Positions 37,851 through 49,303 of a stretch of DNA of 64,000 nt are shown one piece after another. A model generated the notes under the pieces. It saw only the letters and a program-made list of their open reading frames with translations. It did no database searches and had not been told where the DNA came from. The stretch lies in IMG/VR virus record IMGVR_UViG_3300037247_000655, positions 32,001 to 96,000 of that record. One strand, 5' to 3'. The DNA is from a virus. Position 1 is the first letter of the stretch. Each line of letters starts with the position of its first letter. Both the position numbers and the translations under genes were made by a program.

Positions 37851-40800
37851 ATGGCACAGGGTTTCGTTGTTGGTGTCGATTTACGTATACAGCGGGTATT
37901 GGGCTTAGACAAGGTCAAGCAACAGCTGTCTAGTATCCAGGGTGTTAGTGGTGGTACGGGTGCTGTACCTGCACAGTTCGATAAGATATCAAGTTCTGCT
38001 TCGAATGCGGCTATAAATACAGCAAAAGTTAACAAGGTTATAGCAGACACTGGGAACAGCGCCCAGACTGCTGGGGGTAAGATAGGTAATGCTGGAAATA
38101 AAGTACAAGGTTTCGGGGATCAACTAGCTCTAGCTGGTAGGCGATACGCTGCTTTCATCGGAGCTACTGCTGTAGCATTCAAGGCCGTACAATTCATAAG
38201 TGCTGGTACCAAGGCTGTCATAGAATTTGACAAATCTATGGTCTCTCTGTCTCAAATACTCAGGGTTTCTACCGATCAGTTAGGTGGATTGTCTCAACAA
38301 TTCTTGGACCTGTCGGTATCTACTGGAACTAGTGCTGCTGAAATTGCTAATGCCGCTAAGCTGTTAGCTCAAGCTGGTTTCAGAGGTGCGGAATTAACAG
38401 AAGCTGTTTCTCAGCTATCCAAAGTACCACTAACCCCCATCTTCGAGAGTATGGATCAAGCTGTTGACGGTGCCATCGCTGCAATGAGACAGTTTTCTAA
38501 CGAAGGGCTAACCGTCGAAACAGTGTTTGATAAAATGATAAATGTATCTAATACATACGCTGCTTCATTCCCCGATATCATAGAAGGACTCAAGAGGGGT
38601 GGTTCAGCATTCCAGGCTATAGGTGGCACTTTAGATGAGTTTATCGCTGCTTTTACAACGATAAGATCCGTCACTAGAGAGAGTGCTTCTGCTGTTGGTA
38701 CTTCACTGAAAACACTTTCTACAAGACTGGCTGATCCCAAGATTCTCAAATTCCTAGAAACTAAAAATATTCGCTTACTAGAAAAGGGTCAATTTGTTGG
38801 TCCCTTGGAGGCACTTAAAAGAATCGGAGACGGTCTTGAGAGAACTAAAAGTGTGCAAGAGAAAGTTAGTATAGCTGTACGGCTGGGCGGTAGACGTCAA
38901 GTCAGCCGTTTTCTCGCCTTGTCTCAAAATATGGAAAAGAATAACAAGATTTTAGAAACATCAAAAAATTCATACGGAGCATTTAGTGAAGTCGCAGAAA
39001 AGGGATTACAGGCCATCAGTGTAAAAATTGATATTCTTGTAGCAAAATCCAAAAAATTAGCCATAGAATTAGGCGAAAATTTATTCATACCATTTGTTAC
39101 TGGTTTAACGAACGCCTCCACCGCAGCTATAGCGCTACTTTCGGCACTACAACCACTCCTTCCTATATTAGCCACTGTTGGTACACTAGTAGCCGGGACA
39201 GCTATTACAAAAGGTATAGGAAAGTTTCTTGGACCTCGCATAGCCAACCTTGCTGGTCCTGCAGCTTTTACCGCCGCAGGTGGTGGCATCAAAGGAGCTA
39301 AAACGGCCTTGGGTTCTAGTCCATTTGTTCAGGCTGGTTTACTAATTGCCGCAGCTGAAGTTACTGCATCGTTTTTGCGAACATCCGATGGTGCGGATAC
39401 TTTTGCTTCGACACTAGTATCATCTACGGCGCTTATAGCTGCTGCCATTGCCATCTTCAGACAACAAACAATAGCACAATTTGCTACCGGTGGAGGATTA
39501 TTACCTAGTTTGGGTAAGTTTGGAGCAATCGCTACTATCGGGGCTATAGCTTTGCCGTTGGCAATAAATGCTGCTCACAACAGTGCCCAGGAATTATCTA
39601 ATAAAATAATTGAAAGTGCTGTGTTATCTATAAAAAGGATCGATATTCAACCAGCTGATCCCCAGTCACTTCAAAAGGGATTAAGTGATTTATATAATAG
39701 TATAGGGCAAAGTGTCCGAGAATTAACCAAAAGCGCTAATGTAAATAGCGAACCAAGTATAAAAAAATCTCTCGCAAGTGTTGGTCGTTTGGTTTCGAAT
39801 ATTGTCGAAGGAGATTACGCTACCCTTGGGAAACTGGGAGGTCTAACTGAGCGTAATGTTAGAGATCAAGTTAAGGAAATCATAGATAAAAGTCCAAAGA
39901 TAGTTGAAGATATTCTGAAGGGTATCAGTCAGAGTATGGTTGACATAACAGGAAGAATTGATACGACAGAATCAGCAGGACGAGATAGGTTGATTGGCCA
40001 AGGGTTGAGACTCGGATTAAACAGAAAACAGGCTGGTAATTTTTCCGAAGTAATCATAGAGTCTGTCGGTGGGTTGGAAACTTGGTTGAAATTAATTCGT
40101 AAGAATACAACATCTATACAGAACGAAATACGATCTAGAGAGCAATTAATACAATTAACCAAAATTTTTATACCACCAAAACTAGTTGGACAACTACAGC
40201 AATTTTCACACGCTGTAGATAAAACCGTCAGGGCTATCAGTACATCTTCTAGGGCATTTTCGTCACAAATATCTGAAATATCAGGGGGAGTCAGGCCTCC
40301 TTCATTTGATTTTGATTTTGGGGCAGAACAAATTCGAGGGCTTATTAGTTCGAATGGTCTTAAGGATGTTTTTTCATTGACTCCAGATATCCCTAAATTT
40401 GTAAGTGGTATGAAAGATATCGATAATCTAATAGATCAGTTCATATTAACGATTAGTAGTCTGCCGTCTGATGCTGATTTTATTGGAGAAACTGATAGGT
40501 TTTTGGATGTCAGAGCCCCTCAGGCTATCAAAGATAATTTCGGTAAATTTTTCGATACTATTGCCCAGGATCTTGTAGAAGTTTCTGAGGGAAAGTTAAT
40601 AACTGCTGATGAAATTAAGGATAGATTCCGTAAAGAATTTGCTGATTTAGGCACGGGAGCTAGTGATGCTGTCGTTGAAAATGTTAGAAAATTCTTGCAA
40701 GGTACTTTCGCACAGATACAGGATGAACTTAGTCGGTTAGGTACCATTAGGGGATTTGAAGCTGCCGTCTCCGTGAGACCAGAAAGTCAGGCAGATTTTC

Positions 40801-42101
40801 TAAGGACACAATTAATGCGTTCTGGGATAAATGCAGGAGGTGTTTCCGCGGCAGATCAACAAGTGAGACAAAGAGGAACTATCAGTGAACTAGATCTGAT
40901 AAGGAGGGAACAGAATGCACGTGTTGGTGGACGTAACCGCTTGAGTCTTCCCACACCAGAACAAGGATTCTTCGAGGGTAGAGGACAAGGTCTAGTCGAT
41001 ATAGCAGGCGACGAATCAGTTCGTCGACAAGTTCGTGAGAGTTTTGCGAGTATGACCATAGTATTATCGGAAGCACGTAAAAGTTTGTCTGGATTAAAAC
41101 CAGGTGCTGAAGGATTTGTTTTTGCTGCGGAAAGAGCCAAGGAATTAGGACGTCAAGTGATAGAACTACAGGTTAGTTTACAAGCATTGGATCAAGCGAC
41201 AAGTGCCGCTGCTGCGTCAGAATTAGAAACGTTAAAAAGAAGGCAAAAATTTGATGTTATACAGAAGCAGGCCGGTCTTGTCGGGAGAGTAACACCCCTA
41301 AGAGGCGAAAGAATTATATTCGACCTACAGAAAAAACACCTACAGGAACAAGCGGAATTACAAAACAGATATGATGTTATCATAGAAAAAGATCACGCTC
41401 TCAGAGTAGACTTAGCTAGAGAGATTAGCGATATCAACCAGGTTGAATCACAAGAATTTGGAAGGTCAGTGAATTCTTTTGCTGAATCTACCCGCATACA
41501 TATTACTGCTGCCGAACTAATGCACAAATCCATAGCTGATTTTGGACAATCAGTTATTGATTTCAAAAATCTCAGCACAAATACATTACCACTAGGGAAT
41601 GATTCTACTAATAGCATCACTAATGAACAAATAAGGTCGGGTGGTTTTAGCAGATCACAAGATACATCAAATGCTCAGATAATAGGTGAAGATACCGACC
41701 AGGCGATACAACAAGAAATGCTAGATATTATGAATCGCGTCATAGAAGGACAAAATAAAGAATCTAGAGAATCTATTGACAGAGAAACTACTAAAGCTAC
41801 TGGCTCGGACAAGTCGCGTGACGAACAAGGTGTGAAAATTGCACAACTGACAGAAAGTTTGAACAACCTACACGGTATTCTTAGTGAACCAAATGAGTTA
41901 AAGTTGGTAACAGATCAACGTATAGATTTAGATATATCGACCCTACCATCAGATATATCCGCTGAGATTCGTCCCCTCCTAGTAGCTGCTGCTACGCTTG
42001 CTGCGGAGACAGTATCTAGAAAAGTTATGGAGAGCTTAGCATCTAAGGGCGATTCTGAATTGTCGATAGCAGCGACAGATGTAGCGCAGGAGTTAGAATA
42101 A
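37851..42101 (+). CDS. tail tape measure protein (TP901-like core)
   Basis: 1416 aa helical, Ala-rich; LAQAG, T.RSVTRESA..VGT.LKT...RL core. Confidence 0.88.
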   Translation: MAQGFVVGVDLRIQRVLGLDKVKQQLSSIQGVSGGTGAVPAQFDKISSSASNAAINTAKVNKVIADTGNSAQTAGGKIGNAGNKVQGFGDQLALAGRRYAAFIGATAVAFKAVQFISAGTKAVIEFDKSMVSLSQILRVSTDQLGGLSQQFLDLSVSTGTSAAEIANAAKLLAQAGFRGAELTEAVSQLSKVPLTPIFESMDQAVDGAIAAMRQFSNEGLTVETVFDKMINVSNTYAASFPDIIEGLKRGGSAFQAIGGTLDEFIAAFTTIRSVTRESASAVGTSLKTLSTRLADPKILKFLETKNIRLLEKGQFVGPLEALKRIGDGLERTKSVQEKVSIAVRLGGRRQVSRFLALSQNMEKNNKILETSKNSYGAFSEVAEKGLQAISVKIDILVAKSKKLAIELGENLFIPFVTGLTNASTAAIALLSALQPLLPILATVGTLVAGTAITKGIGKFLGPRIANLAGPAAFTAAGGGIKGAKTALGSSPFVQAGLLIAAAEVTASFLRTSDGADTFASTLVSSTALIAAAIAIFRQQTIAQFATGGGLLPSLGKFGAIATIGAIALPLAINAAHNSAQELSNKIIESAVLSIKRIDIQPADPQSLQKGLSDLYNSIGQSVRELTKSANVNSEPSIKKSLASVGRLVSNIVEGDYATLGKLGGLTERNVRDQVKEIIDKSPKIVEDILKGISQSMVDITGRIDTTESAGRDRLIGQGLRLGLNRKQAGNFSEVIIESVGGLETWLKLIRKNTTSIQNEIRSREQLIQLTKIFIPPKLVGQLQQFSHAVDKTVRAISTSSRAFSSQISEISGGVRPPSFDFDFGAEQIRGLISSNGLKDVFSLTPDIPKFVSGMKDIDNLIDQFILTISSLPSDADFIGETDRFLDVRAPQAIKDNFGKFFDTIAQDLVEVSEGKLITADEIKDRFRKEFADLGTGASDAVVENVRKFLQGTFAQIQDELSRLGTIRGFEAAVSVRPESQADFLRTQLMRSGINAGGVSAADQQVRQRGTISELDLIRREQNARVGGRNRLSLPTPEQGFFEGRGQGLVDIAGDESVRRQVRESFASMTIVLSEARKSLSGLKPGAEGFVFAAERAKELGRQVIELQVSLQALDQATSAAAASELETLKRRQKFDVIQKQAGLVGRVTPLRGERIIFDLQKKHLQEQAELQNRYDVIIEKDHALRVDLAREISDINQVESQEFGRSVNSFAESTRIHITAAELMHKSIADFGQSVIDFKNLSTNTLPLGNDSTNSITNEQIRSGGFSRSQDTSNAQIIGEDTDQAIQQEMLDIMNRVIEGQNKESRESIDRETTKATGSDKSRDEQGVKIAQLTESLNNLHGILSEPNELKLVTDQRIDLDISTLPSDISAEIRPLLVAAATLAAETVSRKVMESLASKGDSELSIAATDVAQELE

Positions 42102-42102
42102 A

Positions 42103-43911
42103 ATGCCTTCTGGATTGTTACATGACGAAAATGTAATCTTCTATCATCCATTGGATGATTTTACTGAATATACCAAGGGTCTAGCGTGGACTTCCCTGGA
42201 TAGCAGCTCAAGTTTCGTTCCTGGAATATTGGTCAGTGGTATCAAGCTTGATCCAGGTGAGGCGTTTGAAAGAATAGTATACCCTGCTTCTACGTATGAT
42301 TCAATAGAAAATGCAAGTGGTCTAACTGCCTCTGTTTGGGTTAGTGGTTTCCTGACCTCAGACACCGTCCAAAGATTAGTAAATATAGGAATAGCCGACG
42401 ACACTATCCCCGCCGAAAGAAACGACGCAATATTATACAAGATTGGAACTACTGATGGATTTAATTCCGCTGGTAGACTCGATGGTACTTTTGGGTCTAA
42501 AGTATGGTCACCACCACCAACTAACGATACCGATTGGCATTTTTTCGTAATAGACCTTAGGTATGAAGGAACTGGGTGGAGACATCGAGTTAGTTTGGAT
42601 GGTGCGGATTGGTTGGACTTAGGAGTTAGCGCACACGGTGGAGATATCGCGACCGCAGACTCTAGGCCAATTATAAGAATAGATGATAGTACTACTGCCA
42701 CGATCGTAGTAGATGAAGTTGTTTTCTGGGGAGATAACAACCTTTTTACTGCTCAAGAACTATCTAATTTATATGAATTATACAACACTTATAACACTAC
42801 AATGGACCAATATACCTCGATTTTTGCAACCCCAGCAAGTGGAGGAATAGATCTTTTTGTCAATGGCCATGCAAGTTCTTATGGAAGTATTTCTCTCTAT
42901 ATACCAGCACAGTATGAGACGGGATCAATAGATCTGTTTCTAGCTTCTTCGCCACCAACCAGCGGTAGTGTAGACAACTTTATACACGGACACCTAGCCG
43001 TATTAGATAACAAAGATCAATACATCAAAGGGCACGAATCTGTTTCTGGTGAAGTAGACTTGTATATAAATGCAATACTTGGCTCGTCGTCACCTCTGTA
43101 CATACGGGGTCCGTTACCATCATCAAGTTCTTTGGATAATATCATTACGGGACATATTGCCGTATCTGGTGAATTCTCATTGTTCGTTGATGGCGGGACT
43201 ATCATCAATGCATTTGTAGGTGTCAATGATAACATAGAATCTGATATTGTGGACTTATTCGTCCATGGTGTCCCGTCTGGTTCTAGTCCAACTACCTCAT
43301 ACACCAATAATTCAATAGGATTATTTATAAGCGACGACGGAGATAATGACACACTAACTTTCAATCGTAACTCGTTTGTGCGAGTGGACGATCCAATATC
43401 TACGCCAAGTAGTGGTGCGTGGACGTCATTTGTAAAGGTTGGTAACTCTACAAATAACACAATGAATTTATATACCAATGGTCATGCTTCTGGTGAGCAA
43501 CCGAATGGCATTTTAGTCACCAATTCGTTCTCAACATTTATAGAAGGTTTGTCTACGAATAGTGGAGACCAGGGATTATTAGAGGACGGTTTTTCTTTTA
43601 TAGCTGAGCAAACAGCCAGTTTTGCTAAGGTGTACGATGGAGTCAGTAACGGATTTAATCTATATACATCCGGAGTAATACCTGTGGCACCACCGTCAGC
43701 GGTTTTGGATATGTTCGTGTTTGGTATTACTGGAACTGAGTCTGGTTTTTTTGATTATTATGTAAAAGGCAAGGCGGCTGTGTATAATGATATAGACCTA
43801 TTTGTTTTCGGCATAATTGGATTACCATCCGACAGTGTCTCTTTGTATCTGGAAGTAACTGCTACTGGGGTATTAAATTCAAGCAATAATGTCTATATAC
43901 ATGGTTATTAA
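42103..43911 (+). CDS. tail protein: LamG domain + DLF repeats
   Basis: N-terminal domain paralogous to 8645-9835 (NVI.YHP.D..ELSNLYEL.NT..TTMDQYT); 14-aa repeats. Confidence 0.7.
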   Translation: MPSGLLHDENVIFYHPLDDFTEYTKGLAWTSLDSSSSFVPGILVSGIKLDPGEAFERIVYPASTYDSIENASGLTASVWVSGFLTSDTVQRLVNIGIADDTIPAERNDAILYKIGTTDGFNSAGRLDGTFGSKVWSPPPTNDTDWHFFVIDLRYEGTGWRHRVSLDGADWLDLGVSAHGGDIATADSRPIIRIDDSTTATIVVDEVVFWGDNNLFTAQELSNLYELYNTYNTTMDQYTSIFATPASGGIDLFVNGHASSYGSISLYIPAQYETGSIDLFLASSPPTSGSVDNFIHGHLAVLDNKDQYIKGHESVSGEVDLYINAILGSSSPLYIRGPLPSSSSLDNIITGHIAVSGEFSLFVDGGTIINAFVGVNDNIESDIVDLFVHGVPSGSSPTTSYTNNSIGLFISDDGDNDTLTFNRNSFVRVDDPISTPSSGAWTSFVKVGNSTNNTMNLYTNGHASGEQPNGILVTNSFSTFIEGLSTNSGDQGLLEDGFSFIAEQTASFAKVYDGVSNGFNLYTSGVIPVAPPSAVLDMFVFGITGTESGFFDYYVKGKAAVYNDIDLFVFGIIGLPSDSVSLYLEVTATGVLNSSNNVYIHGY

Positions 43912-43929
43912 CATTGGAAAGGTGATGTT

Positions 43930-45642
43930 ATGTCTTTAGTTTACACAAAATCTGATAGTGTAGGAAGAAAAATAATACCAGCTCCGATAGTATCGATAGC
44001 TAAAAGTTACGAGACTAACGACAATGATGTGAAAAAAGGAACTACATACTCCATAGTTCTGAAGGGGACCTTACTGCCGTACAATGGAAGCCCCAGTGGA
44101 TCTTACACAAGTATTTCCGATTCGTTTTGGAACCTTGGTGGATATCCACCAGATCAACAAATAGGGATCATTGGTGGTGAACCATTCGATTTATTACTTA
44201 GAAAACAAGAGTCTCTGAGGTGGTTATTTAATGAGGATGGTGGTGCTCTAGAATGGCAACCAGCAGGCGGTCAGCCTCCGGTTAAGTGTTATCCTAAGGT
44301 AATATCCATCAATTTCCAAGAAGGACAGTGGGCGGATAGATGTGATTATGAAATATCCTTAACTGCTTCATTAATCTACATAAATGGTACAGTGGATTCA
44401 GAAGATGATTTTTCTGATGACTTTATATCGTCATCCAACGAAACCTGGTCATTCGAAGAAGTGGATGGTCGGGAAAATAAACAATACAAGGTTGTTCACG
44501 AGGTAAATGCTAAAGGTAAGTTAGGATATGATTCTGTTGGGCATTTACAAGATGATAAACAGGCGTGGGAAAATGCTAAAGATTATGTTGATACCAGAGT
44601 TAATGGTATTGTAGATAACGATGTAATGTTCGCATCTTTAGGTGCTATCGATAAAATTACTGGACAATATAGCACAGTTATAAAGACCGACCAGGATGGT
44701 GGAACATATGGTATTACGGAAGAATGGTTGTTATCAGATGAAACTACCTACGAAGAAAGACAATTTTCCGTAGATTATGACCACGTTAAGGATGAATACA
44801 ACATTACTTATCAAGGAACTATACATGGTGTCACAGCAGATAGTCTCACTGGAGAAGTATCCAACATTGATGTTGCCAAATCTAATATTCCAGACATAGC
44901 AACGGCTAATGCAACTGCTACGTCATATGTTGGATCACTGTTAGATGGACAGACAATACCCGCCTTCCCTAGTAAAGAGACATTTGCTTTGAACCAACTG
45001 GATGGCACGGTATCATTTACATACCAGTGGAACACAGCAGACGACGGTCTATCATATATATCAGATGACTCTCAATTATCATACTCAACAGACGACCTAC
45101 TTCACACATTAACTCTAACCCAGACAGTAAACGGCAAAGGATCAACTCCAAGTTCTCGACTAGTTAATGCACGACAATCGGTATATAGTAATAGCGAAGC
45201 TCTTTTGCAAGCCAAGAGTATCGCCGCAACATCATTGGTTTACAATTTATCGTCTACAGTTCAACTCATTGATCCAAGAGAAGGAACCATTAAAACTACT
45301 TGGGTATGGACTGATAGGGACAGTAATAATTTATCGGTTACAGTTCAAACTCAAGAACAAGTTCCTGTATTAGCTACTATACCCATTCCTGGTAGAGCAA
45401 ATGGTCCAATAATACAAAACATGAATACATTAAGTTCTGAGGTTGTTACTGTAACAATGAAATCTACAAGAAATACTGTGGGATCTAATCCTAAAATACC
45501 ACGGAAACCAACCAATTTGGATCCATTATTATATCTTGATCCAGGAACCGTAGTACTTTACGTATTGAGTGATGTTGAAACATGGAATCCAATAACTAGT
45601 GCAGCAGAAAGAGTCACGAGATATCTTATAGATACACAATAG
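43930..45642 (+). CDS. putative tail tip/baseplate protein
   Basis: Beta-rich; position after tape measure. Confidence 0.55.
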   Translation: MSLVYTKSDSVGRKIIPAPIVSIAKSYETNDNDVKKGTTYSIVLKGTLLPYNGSPSGSYTSISDSFWNLGGYPPDQQIGIIGGEPFDLLLRKQESLRWLFNEDGGALEWQPAGGQPPVKCYPKVISINFQEGQWADRCDYEISLTASLIYINGTVDSEDDFSDDFISSSNETWSFEEVDGRENKQYKVVHEVNAKGKLGYDSVGHLQDDKQAWENAKDYVDTRVNGIVDNDVMFASLGAIDKITGQYSTVIKTDQDGGTYGITEEWLLSDETTYEERQFSVDYDHVKDEYNITYQGTIHGVTADSLTGEVSNIDVAKSNIPDIATANATATSYVGSLLDGQTIPAFPSKETFALNQLDGTVSFTYQWNTADDGLSYISDDSQLSYSTDDLLHTLTLTQTVNGKGSTPSSRLVNARQSVYSNSEALLQAKSIAATSLVYNLSSTVQLIDPREGTIKTTWVWTDRDSNNLSVTVQTQEQVPVLATIPIPGRANGPIIQNMNTLSSEVVTVTMKSTRNTVGSNPKIPRKPTNLDPLLYLDPGTVVLYVLSDVETWNPITSAAERVTRYLIDTQ

Positions 45643-45654
45643 GGGGGATTATTA

Positions 45655-48156
45655 ATGGCAGGACAGGTACAAAGTTATCAATCTTACCACCTATTTGGTG
45701 GATTAGTACGTAATATCAATACGACATTGGGTATAAATCAAAATCCTACTGTTGTGACAGTTTCTGTGGTAAAGGATACGCAAGGTATAACTGTTGAAAA
45801 TAGACGACTTACGCACATACAAATAGGTGTATTTGATTTTCGTGGTATAGTACAGTCGTGGAGTCGGGCGAAGGTTGACATATCTGGTAAAGATGTTTAT
45901 CAGATACGTATAACAGACACCAAACCAGTATTGAATGCAGCTAACGTGATTATTGGATCTTCGTTCGACAGTGACGGTAGTCTATTGTCAACCATGACGC
46001 AATCTGAAAATTACGGGGATAATGTCATATCTATCCTCCCCAATAATGCATCACAAATAATTGAGGGTATCCCCTTTGCAACGATAAAGAGTGCTGTAGA
46101 AAGTTCTGAAATTAAATACGGAAATTCAAGATATACGGTAAAATTTAATTTCACTTTACCTGGTAGGGGAAGTGAGGTTGAATACTCCTTGGGCGGCAGA
46201 GCCCTTTCTTTGTTGGAATTAATATCTCAGATAGGTAATGATCATGGCCTGGATTGGTTCGTAACAACCTCTGAAGATAATGTTATTTCTATAAATATGT
46301 ATGGCAGAACAAGTATAACAGACAAGACTGTCGATCAATTAGCTGCATTACATCAGGGTGCCATTATTAAAAGACACGAAGGAGAGGAAAATAGGGATGC
46401 TGTTCAGAGAGTTGTTCTGATAGGTGGACATAGAACTCGTCTTAGTAAGATAAGTGGATCACAATGGGAACAATTTTGGGGATTTGACTCTAATGGAGAC
46501 AAAAGATCAGAGCCCGTATACTCAATAGAAGAAATGACTAAAATAATCAACAACAATTTTACATCAGACGACTACACAGAAGATGATGCTCAAAAAATCT
46601 TATCTTATGCTAATGAATTTTGGGGACGAAAATTTATTTCTAGCGTTGGTTCTGCCGTGATCGGTTCTGATGGTGAATCGTGGGTATTACCAACTAGTGC
46701 CGGATGGTGGTCATCCGATTCCCCACCAGAAAATCTAGATCAGGATGGTAGATTGAAATTTCAAACAGAGGATGGAAGATGGGTTACTTTTATTGCCCTT
46801 GCAATACCCGGCAATAGATTCGCTTTTGGTCCTCATGCTCTAAACTACGAATGGGATGATGAATTATTTTCTAATCCAAATACACATATCAACGACAATA
46901 ATACTATTTGTATGAAATCATCTTTGGAAATTGTTGATACTGCACAGGGTGGCGATAAATATTTTTTGATAACAACTGCTACTCCATTGCGAGTACAATC
47001 ATCTACAGAAGTAACTGAAGATTCTGTTACTTCTACAGTAACTACCAAGACGAGAGCTGATAATTTGGGATATTTATATTTAGCAGTTATTGATCAGAGG
47101 TTGACATATGGTCCATGGTCTAACGGGAATAACGCAATTGGTCGCGCTGATGTACTAATTGACACATCTTTGACTCCGTGGAATTTCGGGTACAGAGGTA
47201 TTAATGACACGATTGGTCTGAATTTATTGGATCAAGTTGCTAGAGCAAAAATCAAGACAGTTGCAGATACTGTTATGGATGCAAAGACGGTTGAATTAGA
47301 GGTCGCAGGATTACCTCAAATAAACTTAGGTGATCAATTACAAACAACAGGTGCTATAACCTCTATCCAAATAGTATTTGCTGTTAACGGCGTAAGAACT
47401 ACATATAAATCACTGCAATACACCAATGATTTATCTAAACATCTAAGAAAACAACAGGACTTACTAGATCTACTTAGACGTCAAGCATCTGAATTTAATA
47501 ACAAAACCGATAAGGATTTGGAACTAGACAAGGCTGTTAGATCATTAAAAAATGACATACCTGACCCACCAATAGACGCCGGTAATGAAGGGCAACCTAC
47601 TAGACGCGAGCTTAGAACATTACTTGGGAGAGTATATGCACGCAGTAGTTTGGATCAACCTAAATATAATGTCACGCCAATGGCGTGGTCTAGTGATATT
47701 TTTGGTGAACTTACTCTTGTCAGAGATCCTGTTGTTTTCGGGAATTATCTAAATGTGGTAAACATGAGTGAAAAACAAACTGCCCAAGGACGCTTGGCTG
47801 TAGGTACTGATGTTCAAATAAAAGAATTTGCCATTACTGATGGTGGAATAGTTTCGTATTATATGGATATTTCTGTATCTCCAACAGAGAGTTTCAAAGC
47901 AACTATCAATTTACACGTGAGCAATAGTCAACCGACATACAAGGTTACACCAGTGAATAATAGTGTGCAAGAAATCAATTTAACAGATAGGGAGCGTTTA
48001 TCATTGAATGAAGTCCTGAATATCGGAGAACCAGCAAATTTCCGTGGATATATAGACACGGGTACGGAAGTGACGATTAATTGGAATGAAAATTCTGACG
48101 GATCTTTTACTCCATTTATGGAACAGCAACTCAATCTATTTTTGCCACCATTTTAA
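45655..48156 (+). CDS. putative baseplate hub/tail tip protein
   Basis: F.GI.QSW..Y.I.I.D, SLLELI..I...G.DW hub-like motifs. Confidence 0.55.
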   Translation: MAGQVQSYQSYHLFGGLVRNINTTLGINQNPTVVTVSVVKDTQGITVENRRLTHIQIGVFDFRGIVQSWSRAKVDISGKDVYQIRITDTKPVLNAANVIIGSSFDSDGSLLSTMTQSENYGDNVISILPNNASQIIEGIPFATIKSAVESSEIKYGNSRYTVKFNFTLPGRGSEVEYSLGGRALSLLELISQIGNDHGLDWFVTTSEDNVISINMYGRTSITDKTVDQLAALHQGAIIKRHEGEENRDAVQRVVLIGGHRTRLSKISGSQWEQFWGFDSNGDKRSEPVYSIEEMTKIINNNFTSDDYTEDDAQKILSYANEFWGRKFISSVGSAVIGSDGESWVLPTSAGWWSSDSPPENLDQDGRLKFQTEDGRWVTFIALAIPGNRFAFGPHALNYEWDDELFSNPNTHINDNNTICMKSSLEIVDTAQGGDKYFLITTATPLRVQSSTEVTEDSVTSTVTTKTRADNLGYLYLAVIDQRLTYGPWSNGNNAIGRADVLIDTSLTPWNFGYRGINDTIGLNLLDQVARAKIKTVADTVMDAKTVELEVAGLPQINLGDQLQTTGAITSIQIVFAVNGVRTTYKSLQYTNDLSKHLRKQQDLLDLLRRQASEFNNKTDKDLELDKAVRSLKNDIPDPPIDAGNEGQPTRRELRTLLGRVYARSSLDQPKYNVTPMAWSSDIFGELTLVRDPVVFGNYLNVVNMSEKQTAQGRLAVGTDVQIKEFAITDGGIVSYYMDISVSPTESFKATINLHVSNSQPTYKVTPVNNSVQEINLTDRERLSLNEVLNIGEPANFRGYIDTGTEVTINWNENSDGSFTPFMEQQLNLFLPPF

Positions 48157-48168
48157 GGGAGATGTCTT

Positions 48169-49269
48169 ATGAGGGTGGGACCGAATCAAGATATAAATAA
48201 TCCTGAAGTACTTATAACATTGGCATATGATTTTCAACGTCAAAGTGATGATTTTGGAGATCTGTTAGCAGAATACAATGCACAAAATCCTGATGTGAAT
48301 AGTGGGGCAACTATCGTTGATGTATCAATTCCATTTCTTAAAACTGACGGTTCTACGCAATTATTACATGGAGAGAGTATAGAACCAAGTGGCAACACCC
48401 TTTTATATGATATCGATTTAGTTTCTAATTCTGTTATCACAACTTATATCAACTTAGCTGAACGTTTTAGAGATTATTGGGAAACTTTGAATAATGTCAT
48501 AGATCAGGTTGGTCCATGGACCTATGATACGGAGAACGATATTGATCCAGAAGGGCCTATTTTTCTAGATTTTGGTAACAACATATCGCGTATACGTGGA
48601 TCACTGGGGGGGGTATCCTACACAACAACATCGTTTTCTTATTCCCCGTCTTCGTCCCAACCTATTCCTGCTTGGACTGGCGTTGGACCTACTTATTATA
48701 ACTACAGTACGCATCCACAATTATTACGAGAAATAGGCGATATGTCATTGATTAAAAATACAGATTCTGATATATCTTGGGAAACTATTTATTGGTATAC
48801 TAAAGACACGGATAATGGCGGGAGCTTTAGGGGTGCTGATGCATATTTTGGGGCTAATCCAAATCTCGGCTATCCTGCAGAACTACAGTATATACAATTC
48901 TACAATGATAAAACATTTCCTATATATATATCATTATCTATGAGTATTGCTTCAACAATGGAAGCTGCCTTTAGCGCTGGTCTTAGTTCATGGGCTGAAA
49001 TTGGTGATCTTGATGATTATCCAACTCCTTTTGGAGGTGAAAAATCCTTTTTATCTTCATGGATGTCAGTTGGTCAAGCAGCAACACCAGGTGAAGTTGT
49101 AAGTTTAAGTGCAGAAAGAACTGTAGAGATACCACCTGGAAAATCTGCATTTATAGGGTGTCAAGGTAGTACAGGTACGGCATCTTTCCAAGACGGAGAT
49201 ACTGGTTCCGTATCTATAACGCTAACGCTGGATGAAAAGACAATCACACATTCCGCTGTCCTTGGATAA
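48169..49269 (+). CDS. putative tail tip/receptor-binding protein
   Basis: Acidic beta-rich protein at end of tail operon. Confidence 0.45.
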   Translation: MRVGPNQDINNPEVLITLAYDFQRQSDDFGDLLAEYNAQNPDVNSGATIVDVSIPFLKTDGSTQLLHGESIEPSGNTLLYDIDLVSNSVITTYINLAERFRDYWETLNNVIDQVGPWTYDTENDIDPEGPIFLDFGNNISRIRGSLGGVSYTTTSFSYSPSSSQPIPAWTGVGPTYYNYSTHPQLLREIGDMSLIKNTDSDISWETIYWYTKDTDNGGSFRGADAYFGANPNLGYPAELQYIQFYNDKTFPIYISLSMSIASTMEAAFSAGLSSWAEIGDLDDYPTPFGGEKSFLSSWMSVGQAATPGEVVSLSAERTVEIPPGKSAFIGCQGSTGTASFQDGDTGSVSITLTLDEKTITHSAVLG

Positions 49270-49303
49270 CTAATTGTGTATAAACAAGTGAAAGGAATAC
49301 AAA

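Noticed and set aside
37815-37853. A-run at the end of the pre-tape-measure gene as a G/GT-type frameshift site
   Set aside because: Codons AAG AAA AAA AGA do not form a proper X XXY YYZ heptamer, and the tape measure is in the same frame behind two stops
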